Source: a virus (lineage: Duplodnaviria > Caudoviricetes). From it: a stretch of DNA of 64,000 nt. Where the stretch lies: IMG/VR virus record IMGVR_UViG_3300031555_003626, positions 96,001 to 160,000 of that record, one strand, 5' to 3'. Under the pieces are notes generated by a model. It made no database searches. It worked only from the letters and a program-made list of their open reading frames with translations, and was not told the origin of the DNA. Each line of letters opens with the position of its first letter. The first letter of the stretch is position 1. This document shows, piece after piece, positions 22,726 to 34,600 of this stretch. The translations under genes were made by a program, and so were the position numbers.

Positions 22726-23283
22726 ATGCTTAAACTTATATATGATCTTAAAGTAGGATACAGAGAGTGTTATCTTACTGTACTTAATGAAGAGTTCGAT
22801 GTGTCCGCGGTATTCCAGCAGGAGCGTGACTCCCTAGTAGAAGAAGGTTTTCTTGTCGATGAACCTGATGAAGTAGAACTCTACACTCAGTATAAAGATA
22901 GTATCCCGGAGCTTCTTGAATTCTTAGAAGATAGTGGTGATCTTGACGGAGAACGTGAAGCAAGTATTCTACACTACACTAAGACTTTCTTTAGTTCAGT
23001 AGCAGAGCCCGGAACATGCTGCGGTATCTGGGAACCTAGTAACTGGAGACTGGTATATGACCCAGATACAAGGTCTTCTATCCGGTATCTTAATGCCCTG
23101 TCTGCGAAAGAAGTATGTGATCTTCTTAAGCTTACTAAGCAGCAGCTTCACTACTACGTAAAGACAGGACAGATTAAGAAGGAGTTTAATCCTGAGAAAT
23201 CAAAGCAGTTTAAATATAATAGAACAGATGTCTATGTTCTTCAGAAGAAGCTTGAGAAGAAATACGACAGATACAATAGGTAA
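22726..23283 (+). CDS. protein with C-terminal MerR/excisionase-like HTH
   Basis: LSAKEVCDLLKLTKQQLHYYVKTGQI. Confidence 0.65.
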   Translation: MLKLIYDLKVGYRECYLTVLNEEFDVSAVFQQERDSLVEEGFLVDEPDEVELYTQYKDSIPELLEFLEDSGDLDGEREASILHYTKTFFSSVAEPGTCCGIWEPSNWRLVYDPDTRSSIRYLNALSAKEVCDLLKLTKQQLHYYVKTGQIKKEFNPEKSKQFKYNRTDVYVLQKKLEKKYDRYNR

Positions 23284-23290
23284 CACTTGC

Positions 23291-23341
23291 AAACCCGGTC
23301 GATTAACGTTGGCCGGGTTTTTAATTTGCTAAATTATGTAG
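23291..23341 (+). promoter_or_regulatory. terminator followed by class III promoter motif
   Basis: AACCCGGTCGA/TTGGCCGGGTT stem; TGCTAAATTATGTAG 23327-23341. Confidence 0.7.
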
Positions 23342-23370
23342 TTAAATAAATTATTCGAGAGGTTTATAAC

Positions 23371-24432
23371 ATGAATGAATTTACTAGATCTAGACTCGTA
23401 GATCTTTTCTGGGAGGGTCTTACGAACTGGGATTGGGAATCTTGGCAGTCAGCTGGAGCAGAAGACAAAGAGACTATAGTAACTGATGCTATAATAGAAC
23501 TTGGAATCGATATAGACATTAATGATGCTTATGATCTTTTCTGGGAATGGGCAGATGGACTTGATGAGAACGCTTTCGGATCTGAGTACTCGGAAAGTCT
23601 ACAGGAAGAAACAATACTAGAAAGCTCCTTAACTGCAGAAGAAAAGGTTGATGCTTGGCATAATGGTACTAGAAGAGAAAACTATAAAGCAGCAGGTGAA
23701 GCTAAGCTAAATACTTACTTAGAGATCGCGAAGAGTAAGGGTTATGATGAGATAGTTGAGATCATAGAGGGAGAACTTAGTAGGCGAGGGATCACAGCGA
23801 CAGCTTCAGCGCCAGTAAGTTCTACTACTTCTACAACTCCAGTAGCAGACACTGCACCTGATCTAACTACCTCTGTTTCTGATACTACAGAAGAACCGGT
23901 ATCATCAGAGGCTCCGGTAGAAGACACGACACCGGCGGTTACTTTAAGTGATAAAGATTTAGATGCTCTCTTAGGTATGGCAATACAGAGGTTTGGTACT
24001 GGTGTACTTTCTGCTTATTCTGTATGGAAGAGTGCTGGCGGTTTTATTGGAAGCTATTCTCTAACTTGGAGAAACAATAATGGTAATCCTATTAAGTCGG
24101 ATAGAGCAATAGATAAAGTAATGGATCTAGCGTATGATCATAATAAGCTTATTGTATTAGTAGATTACTTCCGCGGTGGCTCACATAACATAGATAGATA
24201 CTACTCTATAGATGTACCTTCTTCTACTACTTACATAGTTGACCGCGGTACGATTTATAAGCAAGCCCGCGAAGCTTATTCTTACTATGACTCTGAGCTT
24301 AACTGGAACTTCTACACACTAATAAAGAACAAAGTTAATCAGAAGAAAGTAAAGATATTCCTTTTAGAGAAGGTTCCGGCGCTTACTCCTGAACAAGCTG
24401 AAGAAATTACGACTAAGTTTTTTGAAAGATAA
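23371..24432 (+). CDS. hypothetical protein, acidic N-terminus and S/T/P-rich linker, putatively late
   Basis: 353 aa, behind class III motif. Confidence 0.8.
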   Translation: MNEFTRSRLVDLFWEGLTNWDWESWQSAGAEDKETIVTDAIIELGIDIDINDAYDLFWEWADGLDENAFGSEYSESLQEETILESSLTAEEKVDAWHNGTRRENYKAAGEAKLNTYLEIAKSKGYDEIVEIIEGELSRRGITATASAPVSSTTSTTPVADTAPDLTTSVSDTTEEPVSSEAPVEDTTPAVTLSDKDLDALLGMAIQRFGTGVLSAYSVWKSAGGFIGSYSLTWRNNNGNPIKSDRAIDKVMDLAYDHNKLIVLVDYFRGGSHNIDRYYSIDVPSSTTYIVDRGTIYKQAREAYSYYDSELNWNFYTLIKNKVNQKKVKIFLLEKVPALTPEQAEEITTKFFER

Positions 24433-24444
24433 ATACTGTATTAT

Positions 24445-24474
24445 AAGGTAATCTATTAACGTAGGTTACCTTTT
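24445..24474 (+). terminator. intrinsic terminator
   Basis: AAGGTAATCTA/TAGGTTACCTT. Confidence 0.75.
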
Positions 24475-24578
24475 CTATTTGTGAATAAATTGTTAACAAT
24501 TAAGAAAAAGGGTTTACAAAATAAACTTTTTGTGGTATAATATAAATGTAAAAAGAAATACATAAGGAGTACCTTCAG

Positions 24579-27312
24579 ATGGAAAATTTTAATGGTATCG
24601 CTCGAACAGTAGGGGAGCTTAAGGAAATGCTTAGCCAACTTCCTGATGATGCCTCGCTTGAGTTAAAGCATATCTTCGTAGATACTTATGTGGAAGTAAG
24701 TTATGCTCACGAAACCAATACAGTAACCCTGAGATAAGGAGAGAGAGAGCTATGATTAAGATTATTAAAGAAAGAACATTGGAAACTATTCCTGAATATC
24801 ATATCGAGTATACTTATAAGGATGACCCCGAAGCCGGCTTCTGGTTTCCTGCTACTCCTTCTGGAGAACCTGACTTCGAGAACATGGGACCTGAGATGAG
24901 AGCTAACTACGATCGTTGTCAGTCAGATGATAGACTCAATGAACCGGAGTTTAAGGTCTATAAGCATACTTACTCGAACCCTGCAGTAGGAAAGTGTATC
25001 TGTGGTAGAGAGGTTGTTCTTGATACTGGATACGAAGGTGCAGTAAGCTGTGAGTGTGGAAAGTGGTATAACCTCTTCGGTCAGGAACTTAGAGACCCTA
25101 AGTATTGGGAGGAAGATGATGAATAATGATTGGGTATACGAAGCTATCGCTCGTCAGAAGAAATATAATGCTGGTTACGAAGACGGCTATAGAGCAGGTA
25201 AGTGGGTAGCTGCTGCGCTAATCTTTGAAGATATAGATAAGCTACATCTTCATGTATCTAACGAGTATGAAGCGAGAGCTTATGAAGAACTTAAAAAGAA
25301 ATACGGAGTAGAGTAATTATGGATAAAACTCTTAATCAGAGAATATATGAAACCCCTGCAGATGTTAAGAAAGCTATTCATGACTTTGGATATGAAGAAG
25401 GAAAGAAGGCTGCAGCAGAACAAATATTAGCAGACATCTGCAGAATAGGTGGATGTTCCAGAGGAGTGATCTTAAACCCCTGGGACATTACAGAACTTAA
25501 AGAGAAGTATGGAGTAAAGTAATGAAGATTAAATTTAAGACTTTCGAGTCATATGAAAATACAATCGAACGATCCAAGAGTTGTTCTGCCACAGAGTATC
25601 TTAATGAGTGGCTAGAAGAAAACCCTAACGTAGAAATCATTAACTGGGATACCTGTGCTACTAACTCAGACGGAGTTTATATTACTATTCAGTACTATGA
25701 AAGCTGAGGTTTGTTATGGATACTAAGCAGATGTTAAAAGACGGCTTTGTAAAGAAGCAAGTAGTTATCTTAATAGATAAAGATACATACTCTGGTAAGG
25801 AACACTTCGTAGTAGTTGATACCCCAGAGCATGCGAAAGAATATAAGACTTGGGAAACTATGCGACTTGCTACTATGTATGTAAAGGAGAACTAAAGATG
25901 AAACCTTTTGAATTTATGTACGGAGATACTTGGTACAAGTATGAGGACGGATACATCTACAGACAGAACATCTATGGAAACTACGAACAGATGATTCCAG
26001 TAGTAAGGGAACTTAATCAGACTCTAGATAACTTCTCGCTGCCGGATAAGCAGAATATCATGTGTGCTATAGTTCATGGTCATACCTATGGTAAACTCGC
26101 TGGGGCTGCTAATAAAATAAAAGAAATCAAGAGAGTACTTGATATAGATTAAGGAGGAAGATATGTTTGATAGAAACGTAACTATGTCTTTCGAGATCGA
26201 TAAAAGAACTCTGACTCATATCAAAGATATATCTCACTATAATCATAACTATTATCACATTGAGCTCAGCAGCTATGGAGATTATATTCTGTCTGAGAAG
26301 TGTGATATCATCTATGAGGAATGTACTGATGATGATTCCGGTGCTTACTATTCTCTCGGCTGGTTTGAGGGCTCTAAGTTCATAGCAGCTTGGACTTGGT
26401 ATGAGAACGAATGTCTGGATCTGGATATTGAAATTGAGAACTTTAGAAAGGTAGATTAAATATGATCTATAATGAAGAATATATAACAACAGCCTGTAGA
26501 GTAGAGGAGCTTATTGCTGTATTGACTTCTAAGGTGCCGCCACTTGCTACAGTAGATGTTGCGGCCTATGAACATAAGGCAGATGTAGAAGTCTGGTACG
26601 ATAAGGATACTAATACGGTTATATTAAAGTAAGAGGAGTATACCTGATGAAGAACTGCGTAATCATACACGTAATAGAAACTGACTTCCAAGGTCGTAGA
26701 GTCCAGCTTGGAGCTTCACTCAGTAAGGAAGCTGCAGAAAGAAAGTGTGAAGAGCTTAAGGCTAGTAATAGATATCAGCACTTTGAAGTTAGTGAGTATG
26801 CTATTACCGAGGAGTATGAATACTTCGATTGGATTTAAGGAGATCTATCATGAGCTACTGGACTAATAAACTTACAGAGCAAGACTCCCTGATCGGCCGA
26901 CCCTGTTGGTATCAAAAGCCTTACAACACGGATATAGTATTCGGACTCATTAAGGAAGTACAGGTTAGACAGAACTCTAAGGGTAAAGAAGCTATAGCTA
27001 CTCTTGACAATGGTACTACAGCAGTACTACATACCTATGGTTGCCCGGACTTTATCGGTAGAGCAGTATGGGGTTTCTTAACCAGAACAGAGTGTGAAGA
27101 ATACTGGGATATGTAAAAGGAGAATATATATGATTACACCTACTACTGAACTTCTTAAGGAAGCTATCGAAGATGCTGATGAACTAATAGAGTATGTACT
27201 ATCTTCTTCCGGGGATCCTAATCTACCTATGTGGTTAGAGGATCTAAAGCGAAAGATTCATACTGCTTACCGTAGACTTACCAGTCCTGTAAAGCAACAG
27301 GAGGAACGATGA
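24579..27312 (+). other. operon of small hypothetical CDSs
   Basis: 24579-24737, 24752-25126 (CxCG...CxCG), 25119-25316 and 25319-25522 (tandem paralogs ending ELKxKYGV), 25522-25707, 25898-26152, 26163-26459, 26462-26632, 26647-26838, 26850-27116, 27130-27312. Confidence 0.75.
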
Positions 27313-27587
27313 ACTACTATCATGGAACATCTATACCTGGGTTGAAAGTAATTCTGCCGCCTATTGAAACCAGAGTACTTAGAGAAGACTTTAGAAAGAA
27401 GTTCATGGACTGCGTATTCGTTACTCCCTCTCGACTGTCGGCTGCTAATTATGCCAAGAAGTGTGCTGACAAGTTTGGTGGTCAACCTATAGTATATGAA
27501 GTCAGACCAGTTAATCCTACAGAAATAAATAGATCCCAGTATGTCTGTGACAGGGCCTTTGTACTAGACAGCCATGAATTAAAATAA
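27309..27587 (+). CDS. small ADP-ribosyltransferase-fold protein (Arr-like)
   Basis: YYHGTS, VFVTP, AANYA, VYEVRP. Confidence 0.6.
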   Translation: MNYYHGTSIPGLKVILPPIETRVLREDFRKKFMDCVFVTPSRLSAANYAKKCADKFGGQPIVYEVRPVNPTEINRSQYVCDRAFVLDSHELK

Positions 27588-27596
27588 AGTTTAAAG

Positions 27597-27647
27597 AGCT
27601 AACTCTTATTTCCAGGGTTGGCTATTTTTTATTGCTAAATTATCTAG
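27597..27647 (+). promoter_or_regulatory. terminator followed by class III promoter motif
   Basis: AGCTAACTCT/AGGGTTGGCT plus T run; TGCTAAATTATCTAG 27633-27647. Confidence 0.7.
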
Positions 27648-27673
27648 ACACAAAACTATGAGAGGTATTACAT

Positions 27674-28414
27674 ATGAACGATATTTTTGAACAATGCGCA
27701 ATAGATGGAGAGCTTACTCCAGAATTGATTAAGTGTAAGCAAGAGCTTGATCAGAGTATGGAAGCAGAGCTTAGCAAGATAGAAGCAGATAAAGGCAATA
27801 AGTGGTTGCCCAAAGAAAAGCATTATGCAGAAATAAGACAGAAGTATGAGGATGCTTGGGAGCAGACACTTACTGATGCTGGTTATGTAGTAAGACCTGT
27901 CTTTGAGTCTATTGAGAAGCCTACCTTCGAGGACTGGTATGAAGAACTTAATAGAATAAATGAATGGGTAGCTGTAAAAGGAAATAAAGTAAGTGCTGGC
28001 TATAGTACTTCGACTGCATCTACTACATCCTCCGCCACTACTAAGAGCAGTACAAAGAAAAGACCCAAAGTAAAAACAATGTTTGGTGTTGTAGAAAGCT
28101 GGGAAGATGAATTTGTTAAGTTAGATAGTCATTTAAGAACAGTGAATCCTTTGCCTGCTCAGGACCATGATAGAAAAATTACTCCTACTTTGCTAAGGAC
28201 TTATTGGGTCGATAAGCAGGGCCTGGAGCGTAGACTGGAAGTAACTACAACAGAAATGAGAAACTTTAAATCCTATGAAAAATGGGATTATGTTCTTTCT
28301 GTAGAGGATAATGGCGAGAAGATTATTTCAAGGGGTTACATAAAAGATTATGAAGCACTACTTGATATTCTTCTTAAGACCGGCGATATTACAGATAAAT
28401 CAAAGTGTATATAA
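27674..28414 (+). CDS. hypothetical protein, putatively late
   Basis: 246 aa with S/T-rich linker. Confidence 0.8.
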   Translation: MNDIFEQCAIDGELTPELIKCKQELDQSMEAELSKIEADKGNKWLPKEKHYAEIRQKYEDAWEQTLTDAGYVVRPVFESIEKPTFEDWYEELNRINEWVAVKGNKVSAGYSTSTASTTSSATTKSSTKKRPKVKTMFGVVESWEDEFVKLDSHLRTVNPLPAQDHDRKITPTLLRTYWVDKQGLERRLEVTTTEMRNFKSYEKWDYVLSVEDNGEKIISRGYIKDYEALLDILLKTGDITDKSKCI

Positions 28415-28437
28415 TTTTTAATAAGGAGTATATAAAT

Positions 28438-28962
28438 ATGAAGTTACATGAAGAGTTTAAACTATACGAAGACATGTGGGAAGACGAAGTTCCTGCTACT
28501 GAAGATTCTGTAGCTGAGGTAGCTGCTGAGGAAGCTTCAGAACCTGTCACAAGAACCTTCGGTAGAAAGGCTTATGACCTTACTAACAGGGATGAGCTAT
28601 ATGCTTGGGTCAAAGCTAATACCGACTTCCAGGCAAATAGGCGTCCAGTTAGGTATAGAAATGCAGATGGTACTATTACTTCAGATTGGATTAGACTTCG
28701 TTCTCGTATAGCAAAAAATTTACTTGCGTCGCTTGAAGCTGAGGGTATAACTAATCCCACAGTTCTAGATAACCTACAAAGAATCGCTACTGGTAATTTT
28801 AGTAAGTTTACAAAAGTATTTGCTAAAGACGAGTTAAATACGCTCTTCTCAGAATTTACGAGTAAGTTGTCTGCGCGTTTTGATGCTAAAGAAATGCGAA
28901 TAGTTAATAGAGACCTAGATGCTCTTAAACAGAAGCTGCTTGATATGAAGACCACAATCTAA
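28438..28962 (+). CDS. hypothetical protein, putatively late
   Basis: starts MKLHEEFKLYEDMWE after AAGGAG. Confidence 0.8.
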   Translation: MKLHEEFKLYEDMWEDEVPATEDSVAEVAAEEASEPVTRTFGRKAYDLTNRDELYAWVKANTDFQANRRPVRYRNADGTITSDWIRLRSRIAKNLLASLEAEGITNPTVLDNLQRIATGNFSKFTKVFAKDELNTLFSEFTSKLSARFDAKEMRIVNRDLDALKQKLLDMKTTI

Positions 28963-28971
28963 TAAAGACTA

Positions 28972-29005
28972 TAAGATTCTTAGTTTAACTACTGGGAATC
29001 TTTTT
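28972..29005 (+). terminator. intrinsic terminator
   Basis: AAGATTCTTAGT/ACTGGGAATCTT plus T run. Confidence 0.8.
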
Positions 29006-29075
29006 CTTTTTATTTGATTAAATTTCCTTAGAAAAGATCGTATTATATATTATAGAAATTTACGGAGGATATATT

Positions 29076-30342
29076 ATGAAGTATACTTTTCTTGCTGTAT
29101 ATACTGAGTTGACTAATAGTGATGATACCTTGCGACTTGCTCAGGACCTTGTACTCGAAGAGTGGAGAGCACACCTTGAACATAAGAAAGTTCCCTTTAT
29201 TCCTGAGGCGAAAGTAAGTTTTAAGACTTATAACTTCCTGAAGTACCCTTATCAGGAGCTTCTGAGGAACTGGGTATGGAAGCATTTTACTAATAGCTTC
29301 GGAGACCTTTGTTTCTTCGGTAATGTCTATAGTGATGTAGATGAACTTATTGCAGACCTCGATGTAGAGAAGAAGCTTATAGAACTTACTGTGGAAGTAG
29401 AAGAATGACAAGAAAGAAAGCAGTAGAGATTTCTCTATTATTAAATAGAATAGAATGTTATGAAGCTCTTATAGATGAACTTAAGAGTTTACGTACAACA
29501 GAAGAAATAGTACAGACTTCTGGAATTAATATAGAAGATGAATTGGTTGCTGTCGTGCAGCCTAAGATTGATGCACTACTTAAAGAACTGGAGGAGATGT
29601 AATGAAGAAAGAAATTTTAGAGAGAGCAAAAGAACTTGAAGATCAGATAGGCGACTACCAGTTAATCTCTTATATAATGTCTTATCCTTATCAGCGATAT
29701 AAGCTCTTTAAAAAGAAACCCTGTATCCAGCATGAAGGTAGTACTTCTACCGGTATTGTTATAACTGACCGGGAGCTTGCAAAGCTTATTGAGACCTACT
29801 GTAGAGAAAAGGTTAAGACCTTAAAGCAAGAGCTGGAGGAGCTTTGATATGACGCTAGAGCAGAAGATACAGAGAGCTGATAAGGTACTTGCTTACTATC
29901 CTGGCCCCTATGAAACTAAGTGGGCTATCATGGAATACTGGGGCCAGAAAGGAAAGCCTCTTAAGGTAGCGAGTTATTATATATACGGAGAAGAGCTTAA
30001 GACTGGAGATCCCTTGTATTGCTGGCACTGGCAACCTTCCTTTAATTCTACTATTATAGAAGATGGTTTTAATACAGAGGAAGAAGCTAAAACAAGAATG
30101 AAAGAATTGAGAGCAGAAAGGAAGCAGAAATGTTAGTTACTGTAATAATACTTACTTGGCTTCTGATTAATACCTTAGCCACCTTGATTATCATTTGTAT
30201 CGATGAAGGCACTCCAGTAAGAGCAAGTGACTGGGTTGGTGTTGGCCTAAGCTGTGTTCTTAGTCCTCTGACTATACTATTTATTATCCAGCCTATTACT
30301 ACTTGGATTACTAGACTTAAAAGAAAGAGGAGAAAGAAATAA
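29076..30342 (+). other. small hypothetical CDSs
   Basis: 29076-29408, 29405-29602, 29602-29847, 29849-30136, 30130-30342 (2 TM). Confidence 0.75.
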
Positions 30343-31157
30343 TGAAACCAATAATTAAATGGACGGGAGGCAAAACCCAGCTACTTCAAAAGATTAAAGA
30401 ACTTATGCCTTCTTCATATAATAAATACTTTGAGCCTTTCTTAGGAGGCGGAGCAGTACTACTTGATCTATGTCCAGAAGAAGCAGTAGTTAATGATATT
30501 AATCCTGAGCTTATTAATATGTATCTTCAGGTTAGAGATAATGTAGAAGAAGTTATTGAAGATTTGTCTATACTGGATTCTTGGTACGAAAACAGTGATG
30601 ACCCAAAAGGCTATTATTACCGTGTCAGAGATAATTATAATTCAAATCTAGGTAATGATATTCCTATACAGGCAGCGAGATTTATCTACTTGAATAAGCA
30701 CTGTTTCAACGGTCTTTATAGAGTTAATAGTAAGGGAGAGTTTAACGTTCCTTTTAATGGCAAACTTACTGGACAATCGTTTCACGCGGAACACCTTAGA
30801 GAGGTATCGAAGCAGATTCAGAATGTAAGGTTTCTTTGCGGTGACTTTGAACAATCTGATAAAAGTATAGCCCCGAAAGATTTTATTTTTATTGACAGCC
30901 CTTACGCTCCCTTAACCCCTACTTCTTTTGTCGATTATACTAAAGAAGGTTTTGCCTACGAGGATCATGTAAGGCTTTCTGACTTCTACAAGGAGCTTTC
31001 TGACTACGGAGTTTACTGTATGCTCACTAACCATGATACTGAGCTCATCAGAGATCTATATAGAGGCTTTAACTTTACTGAAGTAGACGTTCGCCGGAGT
31101 ATTAATAGAAATGGTGATAATAGAAAAGGCAAAGAAGTTATTATAACTAACTTTTAA
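30342..31157 (+). CDS. dam: Dam-family (D12 class) DNA adenine methyltransferase
   Basis: KWTGGKTQLL, EPFLGGGAV, NDIN, FNGLYRVN..GEFNVPF, DSPY. Confidence 0.93.
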   Translation: MKPIIKWTGGKTQLLQKIKELMPSSYNKYFEPFLGGGAVLLDLCPEEAVVNDINPELINMYLQVRDNVEEVIEDLSILDSWYENSDDPKGYYYRVRDNYNSNLGNDIPIQAARFIYLNKHCFNGLYRVNSKGEFNVPFNGKLTGQSFHAEHLREVSKQIQNVRFLCGDFEQSDKSIAPKDFIFIDSPYAPLTPTSFVDYTKEGFAYEDHVRLSDFYKELSDYGVYCMLTNHDTELIRDLYRGFNFTEVDVRRSINRNGDNRKGKEVIITNF

Positions 31158-31167
31158 GGAGTAGTAT

Positions 31168-31569
31168 ATGAGAGTTACTATAAAATATGCGTATCCGGAA
31201 AAAGGTACTCGGAATGGCAGAATCTACTCTCAAGAGGTTCTTGAGAAAGCTTTTAATGAGCCTGCTTTTAAAGAGCTTTGCTTAGCTAAAACCTTGCCTA
31301 TAAAGGATGAGGCTGACGAACTTATCGGGGTGGGAACTGCCCGCCTTGAAGATGGTAGAGTAGTTACTATAGATGCTGAAGTATTTTCGCCAGCACACAT
31401 TAAAGCAATAAAAGTCGCAGAACGTAATTTTGGATTTACTTTAGCTGGGTATGGAAATGTAGTTCATAATAATGGAGTTAATGTTGTTACTGACTTTACT
31501 ATTGAATCCGCCCTGCTTTGTGAACATTCAGCTGTAGACTGTTCTATGGAACTATATCAGGAAGATTAA
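31168..31569 (+). CDS. degenerate T4 gp21-like prohead protease homolog
   Basis: RNGRIYSQEVL resembles the gp21 NGRxYP motif; catalytic His and Ser motifs not seen. Confidence 0.4.
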   Translation: MRVTIKYAYPEKGTRNGRIYSQEVLEKAFNEPAFKELCLAKTLPIKDEADELIGVGTARLEDGRVVTIDAEVFSPAHIKAIKVAERNFGFTLAGYGNVVHNNGVNVVTDFTIESALLCEHSAVDCSMELYQED

Positions 31570-31600
31570 ATTAATAATATTACTAAGGAGATAGTTAAAT

Positions 31601-34600
31601 ATGGGTTGGTTTGATGCATCAGCTACTTATAGAAGTGGCAAGACACCAAAGTATAAGGTAGGAGATAAGGTATATAAACTACTTGTTATTCTGCCAGAGT
31701 TTAATAAAAGAAAGCTACAGAAGTTTTGTGTTCCTTGTGAGGTTACAGGAGTATCCACAAAGAAGAGCGGATTTATCTTTAAGGAATTTACTTATATTGT
31801 TAAGATGGCAAAGACAGGTGAAGTAGTAGAAAACGTTTATGAGTCAGAGCTTTATACTGAATATCAGAATGTGCCGGAAACTAAGAATCCGGATATTACT
31901 TTTAAAGAAGCAGTAGAAGAAGCACTAGAACAAATGACAGAGGATTCATTATAAGGAGGTATAGTATGACCAGAGGCGAAGAAGCTATTATTAAAGGATT
32001 TTTGATGGGTGCTTATAAAGCAGTCCAAGATGCCCAAGACGCTGAGAAACTTGCTCGTGCTGAAAGTGCTTATGATATTATCAGGAGACTTGCTACGCAG
32101 CTTAAAGTAGAAAATCCTTGTGAAAAGTAAATTATAAATCTTAAGAGATAGCTTAATTTTAAGCTATCTCTTATTGTATTATATTATAAAGAAGATTTAT
32201 TGGAGGATACTTTAAATGAACATGTATGAAGAACTTAAAGCCTGGGCAGATAAGTGGGGAGTTAAGTATACCGAGTATCCTGCAAATGAGAAATGGGTAT
32301 TTAATATGCTCTATTTTGATAGTATGGATTATCAAGAACCTGCTTTTGAATATGACCCTAAAACTGGCGAATACAGATGGCGTGGAGGAGATTGATTAGT
32401 GAAAGCTAACGTTTGGAGAATTACTGGATACCGAGGTAGAAATGACTACGATGGCCCGGCAGATGATAATACTAAGTTAGATATTATATTTGATAGCCGG
32501 CTCAAGAAAGAAGATGTTGAGGATATATTGTTTTACTACTGGGGTAAGAAATATCGCAGTGTTGCTATTAAAGCAGAGTTGCTTGAGGAGATAGAGTATG
32601 GAAAAGTACTATAGAGTAAATGACGTTAATGAGATACTTAATAAGCTCGCCAAAGAGCCTGCTTATCAGCATGACGGAGAAGATTTTTATGCTGGAGTTT
32701 ATACTGTCGAGGACGTGCTTGCAGACCTAGAGGAAATAGAAGCAGATATAGATGAGCTTAAGAAAGAAGTCGCTGACCTGAATAACCGTCGTCACTTGAT
32801 CTGGGCTATCGGAGTAGACTATGACGGATGTAATACAGTAGAGAGTTTAAAGGAACTTATTGATGAACTTGTTTCTTATACTCAGCTGCCGCGGGAGCAG
32901 GTTCCTGATATTACTTCCAGAACTGGTAAGTGGATCAGAGTGGATAATCATCGTTGGAAGTGCACAGCATGTGGCAAGGAAACAGATCTTCCGCATTATG
33001 ACGGAGCTTACTATTGTTTTAATTGTGGTGCAAAGATGAAGGAGGAGAATAGCTAATGAAAGTATATGTAGTTATGGAAGAGGTTACGATCGCCGGGCAA
33101 GAGTGTGAAAGAGTGATGGGAGTTTTTTCTTCTAATGAAAAGGCTAGCAGGGCTGCTAAAGAATACGAGCAGTGCGTTAATGATTCTTGTTGGGCTTATA
33201 AATATTACTGGATTGAGCGTGAGGTAGATAAAGTATGGGAGGAATAACTGTTATTAATACTGAGCCTTATAAGTTTCAGCCAGTTCCGGAAGTAGGAAAG
33301 GAATATCATATCTTTGACGACGGTAAGTTGAGTATGAGCAGACATTATACTGCAACAATACAGAAGCTTATTTACCCAGAGGAAGCTTACGAGATTACTG
33401 ATTTGTATAAAGCTTGGGAAGAGCAAGTAAGAGAGTGTTATTGGTTATTTGCTCAGGACACTGATTATTTTATTATGGCAAAATCTAATTTTGATTCAGA
33501 ACCTTTGTACTTTGTAAGAACAGTAGACGGTGGTTGGTTCTCGATAGATTATCCTAATGTTTGGATGGGAGCCCGACTTGATATAGACGGAAGCTTATAT
33601 AATAAGATGATGAAAGATTATGCTTAAGGAGAATAACCAATGAGAAAGTATGATTACGACCAGTTGATTAAAGAAGGTTATAAAATTGAAAATGCCGTTA
33701 TTAAAGATGTAGATTTGAGTATGGCAGACCACGGATGCCTTACTCTTGCTATGACTCTCGACGGTGGCGGATGGAGCGTTGTTTATGGTGGCTATTGTCT
33801 CGGCAAAGGTTATCTTGGAGCCGATGATGATTTCTTTAGTGGTAGTGCTGCGGGTATGGAATACTTGACAAGAATCATGGATATCGTTGGTGTAGAAAGA
33901 TTTCAGAACCTAAAGGGCAAGTATGTTCGTGTTGCTACCAAAGGCTGGGGAGGCTCTGTTAAGATTATTGGTAACATTATTAAAGACCAGTGGTTTGACG
34001 CAGAAACCTTTTTCTCTGATAAAAAGGAGCATTGATGTTGAAGAATAAAATACCTTTTGAAGAGCTTCCTGTAGAAGAACAGTTCAAAAAAGTATTCGGG
34101 AACTACGAAAGAACTATTCAGGAAAGAGTTCTTTACGATGTACTGACTGAATTCTATTTTGCTGACTGGACCAGGAAGTGTGACTATGAGAAAATGACTT
34201 CAGAAGAAGTTGTTGAGGCAGCTATGACTGTTTGTAAGAAACTAGAAGAGAAATATAATTATTCTTTAGATGATGACTTCTTTAGCAGAGGCGTATCTAA
34301 TGATATAGATTGGTGAGGACAAAATAATGGATGATATTATTATGCCAGATGGCGATTATACTATTAGAATTCCTAAGAGAGTGGCAACAATAAAACTCTG
34401 TGGTGGCGCTATGACATTTTATATAGATGACACTATGCAGTGGCAGAGGCCAACAGACGAGCAAATATATAACCTTAAAAATTTGTTTTGCATTGAGGTT
34501 ATTCCGGAGGACGATAATGAAATTTAAAGATATTGAGACAACACCGGAAGAAGTTGCGCAATTTCTTAAAGATGTTGGTTTTGAAGGTTTTGATCCCAAC

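Noticed and set aside
30891-30906. DSPY instead of DPPY as a sign of inactive Dam
   Set aside because: All other motifs are intact and the catalytic D and Y are kept; insufficient evidence of inactivation.
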